From assembly GCA_015680685.1 (NCBI GenBank), contig MNCI01003262.1:94020-158019 (forward strand): a stretch of DNA of 64,000 nucleotides, read 5' to 3'. Below the pieces are notes generated by a model. The model did no database searches. It was not told the origin of the DNA and saw only the letters and a program-made list of their open reading frames with translations. Shown piece by piece: positions 13,301 through 25,300 of the stretch. The first letter of the stretch is position 1, and each line of letters begins with the position of its first letter. This stretch comes from Gnetum montanum. Lineage: Eukaryota > Plantae > Gnetophyta. The position numbers were made by a program, and so were the translations under genes.

Positions 13301-16300
13301 TGGCCATTGGTTGTGGCTTGCAGGATGTAGGGCTCTTTTTCTCTAGGCTTTTTCCAAAGACGGGGAGTGAGCAGGTTTTGAAGTCGTTTCTTTCGGGCTT
13401 ATGGTAGGTTGCTGCTGATCTTGTTGAGCGGTTTTCTGTTCATTCAGGGAATGTTTCTAAATTGCAAGGGTTGCATTTTAGCATTATGCACTGCCTGTGT
13501 TTGGGTAATGTGTTCCTACCCAAGAGGCTGAGGAGGTGGTTTTATCCCAATTGGAGCAGCTGTGTTCCCACCCAAGAGGCTGAGGAGGTGGTTTTATCCC
13601 AATTGGAGCAGCTGGTTGTGTAGCAGAGGGGGTCTTAGGTGGCTGTTGAGGGTGGAGAAACATTGAAGGCTCACTCCCCTCATTTGAATGTGCTTCTGGC
13701 GGCGGTTGTGGAAACAAGGGCTCAGGAAGAGAGGGCTTGATGGGAGCATAGGTGGGAGGAGAGAGGTGGCTTTTCAGCAGCAGTTGGAAGAGGCTGAATG
13801 CCATGTTGTTAATGCAGCTTGGGAGGAGGGGCATAGGCAGGACCTGGCTGATGCTACTAGTCATGAGAGACTTGAGGCGGAGTTGCAGACTGAAATTCGT
13901 CATCGATTGCAAGAGGAGGCTCATGAGATAGAAAGGTGGGAACAGGCAGAGCAGGAACACTGAGAATGGAAGGTAGACGAGGAGGCATAGATACAGCAGA
14001 GATTGGATGTTGCACATGAGCATAATGTTTGTATGTGGTTGTGGCAAGGGTGATGCCCTTATGTTACTCTGGATATTGGGAGGGAAGCACCTTGGAGTTC
14101 TTTGCGGAGGCACATCAGACGTTAGGGGCAGGAGCTGCATCTGAAAAAGGAGGGGAATCTTGTTGAGATTGCTAGAAAGGCTGTGGCTTTCAAGGAGGCT
14201 GCTGCTTTTGTGAATTCTAAAAGGCACAGGGCTGCTTTAGATGCGATTCATCATCAGGAACGGGCCAATTGTGCTTGTACAAACCTGCCTCTTTGATGTT
14301 AATGGAGATTGGTTTCCTTTTTTTGGTTTAGTTCTTGTTGTTTTAGCTATCTTCTTTTGGCCACTTTTCAAAGGGTTTTGCGTGGGGCCTTAGGCCAGGT
14401 GTTGCTCTAGATGGTCAACTGTGGAATTTTGGTTTTGACGGTGTGAGCCTGTCCACGGTTCAGTTTAAAGGGGGTATACCCCCGCAGGTTACCTAATTTT
14501 ATTCTTTTTGTTAATATACCCGACTGTCTTTTCAAAAAATAAAAAAAATAAAAAACGCACATATTCCTTTATTAGAAGGGAACTGAGTGGTCCATTATTT
14601 CACTCTACTCTGAATCTTCTTCTCAGCAAGGGGCCCCAAAGTATTTATTCTGTTCCACCCAGACAGGGGAATTCCCAACATGCCTACTACCTATCCCCAG
14701 AATATTAATAATGGTCCTCCTGGTTTGCCCCAGGGGAAGAAAGGAGACAGTTTTTTAAAGCTCAAGTCACTATTCTTTTCTTATTCCTGCAAGAAATAAT
14801 GGTAGACCGAAATTTATATTTAAAAGAGTAGTCAGTTAGACCATAATCTGGTGTAATGATTTTAATCTTTCCATTATCAGCTTTCTCATAAATCAAGCAT
14901 TCTAAAGCTTGAATGACCATAATGAAAAAAATACATACATATATATAATTGTCTATTATACAATCTTCCGTGGACATCTTCATTAAGTAATTGAAGAGAT
15001 TCATCAAGCATCGAAGATGGATAATTTAAAAACCCAAATTTATGACAGCAAACCCAAAACCTCTATGAAACGTGATCTAGATTTTGTTTTCCTTCAAAAT
15101 TCTTGCCTGGTGTTCACTGATAATGGAGGGTATGCTTTTATCGTGTCTGTCTGCTAAAACATTGCAAATGATCTCATGTATGACATTGCACAAATTGGTT
15201 GGTTTAATTTCAGAGATAGTGGCTGCATTTGACTTCCTAGGAATTAGCATATTCATGTAAAATTAAAATGTTCTAAAAAAACTGGAAATGGAATTTAGCC
15301 CGATCGCAAAATTGAGTGGCAGGTCCACCCCCTAGGACCTCGAACTTGCTAACCCATCAATCTCACAAATTCAGAAAACAGCCAAAACAACCAAAGTATA
15401 AACAAAGTAACAACAACAGCCTAACTGGCCCCCCCCTAGAGCACAAACTAAATATGGAATGGCAGCCTTGTGCAGCAACAGTAGTTCCGTTCCTGGCTAT
15501 GAACTGCATCCAACACCACTCTGTGGTGCTCAGTGTCAACGAAAACCACTGCTTCCTGGAGCTCTTTGAAAGTGGTCGCTTTTCTACAGCATCCCAATAC
15601 TCTTTTATGTTAGCAGTTACATGTTTATAATGAATACTATAAATAGTTTTGCTTAATATTCCTTCCTCTAAAGCCCATGTGGATAAAATACAAATTAATT
15701 AATTGTAGTTCTATTGATTACATCTTTATTTTCTAGTTATTTTTCACATCTTAGTAGTAAATTTAATGCTCTTATTATAAATGTTACTTAGATGCTGCTG
15801 TGTGAAAAGGAATTTAGGTTTATGTAGGATTTTTCTGAATGCCAAGCCTTTTATTAATTTTGTACATTGTGTGGAATTATTTTGTTAATTTTCATGACTC
15901 TCGGTGACATTTTTCGTGCATTTATACAATCATATGATGCTTGTATGCTATTATATTAACATCTTTTCGTTCTTGTTAATATGGTGAATTTTTTTTATCT
16001 TGTTAATTTAATATGGGACAACTGCTTTCATCTAGGCTATTAATATATTATTTGTAGAACAATTGCAAGTCTGTTGACCTGTATCTTCGCTTTTGCAGTC
16101 CATTGGTAAACTGTTTGTGAGCAATTCGGAATTAACTAGTATGCACAGGCTCTTCAGATTGTTCTCAGATTCTTCCCACTTAAAAAACATTACAAAAAGA
16201 ATACATATATTATCTGTTCAGTTCCTTCTTGCACATGGCTTTCAGGTCTGTTTGCTTCATTTCTCTGTTTAAATAAATCTCCATAAATGAAGAGTCATGC

Positions 16301-19300
16301 TAATGTTATTTTAATTTCCCTTTGAGCTTGAATGTCTGATAGAACTCTATTTACAAGCAATGTACAGTTTTTTAGTAGAAAAGGTCGGGGAAGAGTGAAA
16401 TGTAAAGATGCCCCTTTTTGGGAAGGTTAGCTTGGAGAATTATGAATGAAAATGTCATGTGGGTTAAAGTAATAAAGGATACATATTGGAATCATAGGAA
16501 ATTTTCTAAGGACCATGTATTATTCATGCTTTTGCAATATGGGTAGGACTCAAAAAAGCATGTGCATGGATGAGAAATTATTGCATGAAATCTCAAGATG
16601 GTAGGGATAGTTATGGGAAAGTAAATGTTCTTAGAAAGTAATGCTTATAATAGATTATGCATAGGCCAAGTGGATAAAGAAGCTATTTGTTAGAAGAAAG
16701 TGAATCTAATCTGTAAATTGCATATCTTTTTTGAATTGCCATGAAAAGGGAAAATTTTAATGATAAATAATTTAGTGAAGTGGGGATGGATGATAGTTAA
16801 TAGATGTTTCTGTAAAAATGCTTGTGAATATGGTAATCATATTTTTTTCATTGTCTTGCTGTTGCTCATATTTGGAACAATGTTTGGAAAGCTATAATTC
16901 AATATTGTATTTTTACAAAATTATTTACAAGATCTTGCAGCAACTTGGTCTTCCTTGGCAGAACTTAATGCATTAATAAAATTTGGAGTGCTCTGCTAGC
17001 ACATGCCATCTTGATAGTTGCTATGCATATAGGTATGAGTCAAATCCATAAGTTAAAGATTGATTCTAACCTTGTTCAGCAAAAGGATTAGATTAGGATA
17101 TAGTTGGAAATTTATTTATTTATTTTTTTGGAAAAAGGTTGGGCTGGATTAAATTAATTGAAATAAAAGAATATGTACAATTAAGACCTAGATCCAAAAA
17201 TAGTGGAGGCAACAAAATTTCCACCACACCCCCCCTCCCCACCCTCAAAACACAAATACACACATGGGAACCACCCCCACCTCCAGACCATAGAAACCCA
17301 ACTTAATTGGGAAAACAAAATGGCCCACTAAAAATGGCGTAATGTGACATAATGTGTTTTACTGGGAACATCTGAAAAGAAGGAAAACAGGCCATAATGA
17401 AAAACCAAAACCTAGAAGCAGACCAAAACAAAAACCTAACCAAGCAAAGCCCAATAGACAATAGAAATAGGGGCCCCTTAATCATGGTGGGGTAGGCTAG
17501 AGCAAGCACATCTGTGCTGCACCTTGGAGTGAACCCTGTCAAGGATCTCCCATTGGTGTTTTGCTGCTTCTCTAGTAGTTGATTTTTTGTTTTGTTAGGG
17601 TAGAAACTAGTAGCAATCGAGTGGATGTATTGCTGAAGAGTAGCCCATGTCACACTCTTATTGATATCCATAATATTGATATCCATAATCATGTAGGGGC
17701 AGCACCCCTCTAACAGCCAGTGCCTTGCTTCCAATTCATGGGCTTGGTCTAATTGAGCGCTCATCTATTGTTCTTCTAGAAAGGTCCTTGCTCTCTATGC
17801 TTCAACTTCTTTTGCAAGAAGTTTCCTATCTTCCTCCTCTTTGATGATTTCCTCCTGGATCTCTTGCCTAAGGTCCTCCTTCTCCTACTAGGTGGTAGCC
17901 TTCCAACATTCATTTTGGTGGCACTATTGTTCAGCCTATTCCCAAAGTCAAAGGTGCGTAGTATGGGTGCTTGCTTGAATGTGCAAGGCCTATTGAAAAA
18001 TAACCGCCTCCCACTTGAATCTCTCCTCCTCTCTAACCCTAGCTTCAGTTTCTGACACTACTTGGTAGAGTTTTTCTTGAAATTCGGTCCGCATCTCTTG
18101 TCTCACAACTTCAACTTCCAATGGTGGCCTAGTCACCTGTGGAGGACAAGCAAAAGATGACTCCGTAGAAACCCCTGGAGCAGGCATCGAGGATGACTAG
18201 GTACCTTCCAATGGGCACCCTTGACCGTAAACACAAGTAAAGAGAATAGAGTGAGCCAAAGGGTTCAAGGGTTGTGCGGCCCACTAGAGAGCTAGAATAA
18301 GGTCCAAGTGCTAACCCCTTCATTCATGGTGTAGCGACGCTAGGAAGAACTTATGGATATTGACCAGCCAAGTAGTCTTCATGCACTGCAAGAAAGAAAA
18401 ATGTGCCCGTTGCAGTTTCCAAACATTGTCGGACTGCACAAAGTATCGATCAACAAGTTGGGCCACCTCTTGCCAAAGGGGAGGTAGTTTAGATTGCAGA
18501 ATTTGCTCGCTAGCAGTTTTGGGGATAGGTTCAAAGAAGAAGCCCTCGGCGTGTTGGAAACCCCATCTCGTAGGCAGAATAATCTCATTGGTCGTTGGCA
18601 CTTCTAGGTAGGTTGGCAATGCTTCCTTTGTCAAACTGATTCAAACCCCTTTGAAAGCAGTAGTATCCCCCCACCATTGTTGATAGAAACTAGCATTTGG
18701 GAGCTCAGGTGCACCGACAAGAAGTGGTAGGAGATATGCCTAGCCCATCTCCATCATAATATTCTATAGCTGAGTCTTCTACTGATATGCCTTTGCCTTT
18801 GGTTTAGATGTTGGTGTAACCCCCATGGCTGCCATTGCCTTGGCCCATAGTTTGCGTGCCAAAAGAGCTATGTGTGTAGGAGCAATATGTGGCAAAGCTC
18901 TAAAAATTCTAGCATTGTGGGCCTTTCAAATTTGCCACAAAATGGTCATTGTAGAGGAGTTGTCAAAGACATAGGGTTGGGTTAATACCTGTTGCCACCC
19001 AAATTGCTACGACAAATAGGCAATGTAGAAAAAGATGAATGGCTGATTTCTTGCATGTATTGCATAACAGACAACTGTCATTATTGATGATCCCTTGTGC
19101 CTTGAGTTTCACACGGAGCAGCAAGGCACCATTAGTAGTAAGCCAAGTGAAATATTTAATTTTTTCGAGAAGCTACCCCTTCCACAGGCACCATCGGCTA
19201 TCTTGAGTCGGGCATTTGAAATTGATGGTGTCTTTGGGGGGCTAGTCCCATCATTCCCCCTTGAAGAAGTTTGTGTGCATGGGCACAAATATTCTGCCAA

Positions 19301-22300
19301 ATGTGGGAATCCCTAGGCATCGCCACCCATGGCATGTACTTGGATGCCATGATATGTGCCTGTTGTGGTTTACTCCTATAGTCCTGCATTAGTCAATTGA
19401 TGGCATTCTAATGTTCCATCAAGAGGGCATTTTCAAATTTTAGTACCCCCAAGCACCTTGCTAATTTAGGCTAAGCCACCATATCCCAGCACACCATATG
19501 TAAATGATTTCCACCTTTACCCCTAGATTAGACGAAGTTTATGATGATTTGGTTGATTTTATTGATCACCCCTAGGGGTTGAGTGGCAACTACAGCAACA
19601 CAGTAGGCAATGGCAAGCAAAATAGAGGTAGCCAAAAGGATCTTACCTTCATGAGTTAGGAACTAAGTAGTCCAATGTTTGACCTGCAAAAGGAGCTGTT
19701 GAATCAGCCGTATCCATGTAGACTATTTGTTCCACGTAAGCATGGGAATGCCTAGATAGGAGTCGTTCCTAGTACTTGGTAAAATCCCAATGGACTAACA
19801 CACCTGCCATTGTATCGGCTCCTTCATGTGGAAGAAGTGTACTATAGACTTCCCCCAATTTGGTTGTAGACTAATTTCCTAAGCCATACTATTTAGGGCC
19901 TAATTAATAGCAACAACTTGCAGCACCACAGCCTAGGTTATGATGATGGTATCATCAACATAGTGTTTAGTAATGCAAGTGGTGCATGCAATGTTGAGGC
20001 CCAACACACCCTCCTCCCTACAATAAGATTTCATGGTATCCATTACGATGATAAAAAGGTAGGGGGGATAAAGGGTCCCCTTGGTGTAACCCCCTGAGGG
20101 AGGAGAAAAACCCCCAGAAATGCCCACATAGATCAAAGGAATAGGTGCTAGTCTTCTGGATGTTAATGCAAAGGTCTATAAGATGCTAATGAATCCCTTT
20201 TTTGAGCATGACCTCCCAGAGCGCCTTCCACTTAATAGTATCATGAGCTTTAGCGATATCTAACTTAATGCATATACTAGAGAATTTAGTCTATTGGATG
20301 GAATGGACCACTTCTTGCAATAGGAGAATCTGGTCTTGAATGAGCCTCCTCTTTATGAAACCAGCCTGGTGGGGGCCCACCAAGGTTGGCAAAAAGGGCT
20401 GTAGACAACAAACCAGGATTTTCATGAAAACTTTGAGTGAGGTATTGCACACCCCAATTGGTTTGTAATGGGTAGGCAACATGGGATGGGGTATCTTTGG
20501 CAACAAGAGAATCCAAGAGCAGTTGATCTCCTTTCTAACTTGTCCCCAGGTAGGCATGAAATTGAAAGTGTCAAGCATGTTCTACCCCAAAACATCAAAG
20601 AATTCCTAAAAGAATTCAATGGGCCATCCATTAGGGCTAGGGGCTCTAGAAGCCTTAAGCGAAGACATAGCAATGGAAACTTCCACCATTGAGATGGGGG
20701 TAATGANGTGCTTATGTAAGCAGTTGACCCTATGAATATACTATTAATTCTCTTGCCTTGACAATTTGCCTTAGTTAGAGCAAAGAAGAAGTGGGTATTT
20801 CTATTACCCTCTTTGAGCCAATGCACCATGGACCTTTCCTTCTAGTTTTGTTCTTCCTCCTTAGCCAAGCTTTGAAACTCCACAAGCAACTTATGCCCTT
20901 CCTCTTCCAAGTGTTCTCCATTTTCTTACTTGGAATGGATTTCAGCCAACTATTGTTGGAGCATGTTCCAGGTTCCCTAGAAGGAACACTTCTGAGTTGC
21001 TTGCAAGCCTTTAATTTGTTTCTTGAGGTTGTTTAGATCCTATTTGAGGAAGTCCCTTGGATTGATGTGGGCAGCAGGTATGTGGCCTAGGAATCTTCAA
21101 CTAGCTTGCGTAACCACCTTTTGGATAGCCACACATGTTCAAACCGAAAAGGGCTTGGTGGAGGCTTCCATGGGGGGAGGATTGAGCAGACCAATGCATG
21201 ATGGTTTGAGGCTTGCTGTTCCTAGCCCTGAACTAGCACCTCACATTTTGTGTGCAGCTTGCCATGGATCTAGGCCTTGTCAATGTGTGACATAACACAA
21301 TTGTGGCCACTCCTCCTATTGCTCTAGATGAATTGATATCTTGAATGTCGAGATCCACCAGATTATGCAATTGTAGAAGTTGTAGAAACTTCTGATTCCT
21401 AAGGGGAGAATCAGAACTAGTGCCAGTGCTAGTATTTTCACACATATGTAGGCATTGATTGAAATCACCAATGATAATCCAAGATTGGAAATTAGGGATA
21501 TGCCTTGCAACCCTAAGAATTTCGCGCAACCTATCAACCCAACCTTGAAGCCCATAAAAATTCGTAACCCAGATCCCCACTATAGGAATGAACACGGTGA
21601 GGCTCCAGTTCGATTCATCCAACACATCAAAGGGGTTTTTGGATAAGGTGGTTAGGCCTCCCACTCATCCTCTACAATGCACAAAAGAATAGCACCAACT
21701 TTGCTATTGTAGCATATCATAGTTAGTGGTATTCAGCTTGGTTTCTTGCAAGCATACCATCAAACAATTTTCTTTGCCTACCAATTCCTTAAGGGTATTT
21801 ATTTTGTAAGGGGTACCCTGTCCCTTACAATTTTGAGAGAGAATCTTCATGGTCTACTCACAAACTATTTCTTGTACACCTCCTTGAGGGTCTTTTGGGA
21901 CTTGACGTCAACGTCAAATTGCATCTTTTTGATCCAAAGTTGGAGATTGGAGGGTTTGCCATGCTGCTTTGGCTCATCCCCCACAAGGAAGCCTTGTGAA
22001 TCTTCTACAAAAATATTTTTGGCAGTCAGATCAAAAGGAGGCATGGAAGTACCCCTCACAACTAAAATCCAATCACCTAGTGGTGGGAGCTCTTTTCCTT
22101 GCAAGGTCATAGGGGTGCTTGCAGACTGCTCTTCTGTAATCAAAGTCGTAGCAGAGCTTGCAAGGGAACAGTCCTCACCCACCCCAACCTTGGCTGGAGG
22201 GTTGACATGCAGCTCTTGGGCAACAAGGTAGGTGGTAGATGGCGCTAGGAAGATAGTCCCAGTTCCAATGCCTATCTTAAAAATTTTACCGCAACCTAGA

Positions 22301-25300
22301 GAGGAAGTATTTTCTGGCCCTGTTGGTGGAGATAGCAGAGCTACACCTTTCCCTTTTTCCCAACCAGCAACCATCCGCCCTCATCCAGTTTCCATTTTGG
22401 TCCTTTTAGCCCTTTTGGGGGGGACTTTAGGGTGCACTCTACACTTAGTCTTGCTGCGGGTTGCAAAGGCCATTTGTTGCCCACAAGCTTCATGGTTAGG
22501 TGCAAACTCCCTTAGTAAAAACATTCTCGTATTCCACAACCAAGTGTTTCTCTCCTGAAGGCAAGTCAAGGATGACTTCCTTCAGAAGGTTTTCAGGGGA
22601 TAAAGATCCCCACACACAGAATCGGGCATAGCCCATGCACTCCTTCATCATGGTAAACTTATCAAAGGAGATAAATTCTCCAAATTGTCTTGCCAAAGTC
22701 CTAAGAAAGCCCTCCATCCAAAGCTCCCATGGGACCCTGGAGACACACACCAATACTAGGGCTTGAGAAAACAACTCGGTTCCCTGATGTGCCCTTGGGT
22801 GCCAATACATGAGAGCCAAACCATGTGCACTAAAAAACTAGGGCCCTCCCAAAAGGACCTAATCCTTGTTTGCAGGAGCCTGAAACACGAATAGGAGAAG
22901 GTCCCCTGCAAGCAACCTCACCTGGACCTTGCCAAGGCTTAGGACACAGTGCTGACTTCCTGATAAGGTCAAGTCATGGCTGAGACCTAGATGAGACAAA
23001 ACAACCAATGATGCTTAACTACATTGTGCGAAGACTCTCTTGGGGAGGTCCCTTGACCCTTGTCCACCACCACTTGGTTCATCCTTGCCATGGTCCCCCT
23101 TGCATGCTACACCCCCACATGTGTCCCCTTTGAGGTCCTCAATGATACCCCTGCTCCCACTCCCGCTCCCACCCATTGCAAAACTCCAAGTCAAGCTTAC
23201 TTAATGGACCCTTGGTCATCCAATTATGCCCTTGAAATTTATTATTGAAATATGTGGAAAAGTGGATATCTTCTCCCTATGAAGTGATGTCCTACATATG
23301 ATTTGTAGGATTCCTAATAAGTATCCTCTAAATTTTGTATATTTTTTTCTCCACTCTTAAAACATTTGGTTATAGTTACACTAGCAACTATTAAGGATAT
23401 GAATCATTATAATGATGGGTTAATTATAAGGCCTATGTACCTGCTTCCCTCATTAGTCATAATAAGTTGTTGATGAGATGAGACATTTCTACTTTTCATA
23501 ATTCTAAGGATTAATGCATTGATTGCATATCACTTATCTTCAGTAGGACTAAGATACCTTAAAGAATAGTATAGTCTAATGCTTTCCATCACTTAAGAAG
23601 TTAGAAGACATCAAACATTTGGTGTGACTCAGTTGTTTTAAGTTTTATTTTACAAGCAGCACCAATGGATGTGGTTAAATGTAATGTTAATCATCTGCTA
23701 TGTTTCTACCAAACAAAATCATTTAATCTATAATAGGCTTCAAACAATGGCTAGGAGTCAAAAATATACAGCTTTCAACAGCTTTGCCCATGCACTATGA
23801 TGTTGCATTTCCACGTTGAGGATCAACCAACTTGAACAATCTTGTCATCGTCTAGTCGTGAGTTTGGTTATCTTCAGGTTCTATGTTACACAAACAAGGC
23901 TTGCTTCAAGCATCATTTTTTTACTGCTCCTCAATATACCCCAAAAATAAGAAACTAGCTCACACATAAAACAATGGGAAGTTACAACATGTAGGTTTGC
24001 TTCTCATGTGAAAGTCAACCAATGTTTCCTCCAACTTCAGGCATCCTAAATTTGGTAAACAATTTTTAAAGTAGGGCATGAATTTTTGGCAGACAAATCT
24101 TAGTGTATAGAGGAAAATGAGGGCCTAAAATAAATCTGAAATTATAATTATCAAGACAGTTCATAAGAGTTAGGATTTAATGAGGTTTTCCTTCAGCCTA
24201 CAGCATTTTCAGTTTTTGGAATTTCTTTAATTGGAAGGCAGAATCATGGGGAATAAAATACCAGTCATAAGAAAAGAAAAGTCTTTCTTTTCTCAGGCTA
24301 AAATAGAGCATAGAAAGAGTCTCTGGTATCTTTTTCTCTTGAATAGAGAACAGTCAGTTTCTTTTTAAGAAAATATAAAAAAGAATTACAAAGGACAGAG
24401 GATGACAGCCATGAAAGAAAAAGTAGCAGTTTTTAAGCTAGGGGCAATCATTATCAAAGAACTAGAATATTTATTTTAAGCAAATAGAATAAGTAAACTA
24501 CATGAGCTCAGAGAAAAATAAAAATGAAAATGTACCAAGTTTGAATGCCATGATGGATTAACATGGTACTAAACTTTGAAATCTTCATTATTAAATTTTT
24601 CAGCCTCTCATGTTTTTACATTGAGAGTAATGTAGGGTTGAACAAAAGACTATTTAACAATGAATTGCGGCATGACAACTCTTGACAATCCCTCGAAAAC
24701 TGACCACAAAAATGCTGAACAAACAGCACATGTGCATTTCACTTTTCACCATGAAAAGGACATTTTTTTTTTTGAGAAAGTATTCGGGATTCTATTATGG
24801 GAAAGAACGAAAATATGTTACAGGAAATTACAACAGGGGGGTCACCAGCGGTGGCCACACCGAGGGGGAAGGATCCCCCGAACGATCACGACATCTCACA
24901 TGTGCGGAGATCCGTGGAAAGACATTGAAAAAACACCGATCCCAAAGNNNNNNNNNNNNNNNNCCTCCACCCGAAGGACGAAAACTCCACACCCCCTTAG
25001 GGGTTCGTAGGAAGCTGCCTGCAGGCACAGTTGGGGCGAATAAGCTCATGCAGAAGATCCAGAGTATTTCGGTGCTCTTCGGTGTCCATGAAACTGGCCG
25101 CCTGCTGGATACCCTGCATGGCCGCCTGTCTTCTGTTTCTGTTGTCATTGGAGGTGCCCGCGTTGGGGTGGCAGTGTGCTAAGGTTCGGCGGATGTATCT
25201 GCGAAGTCCGCCCCAAGAACTCTCACAGCTGATACCTAACGTGAGGTATGGGCACCGTCCCCCATGCAGCCATTGTCTGGCGTTATGCTCGTGGGCACGG

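Noticed and set aside
16932-17032. Extra SNI1-like exon (AG...GTATGA)
   Set aside because: Stops in all three frames, and the protein joins correctly without it
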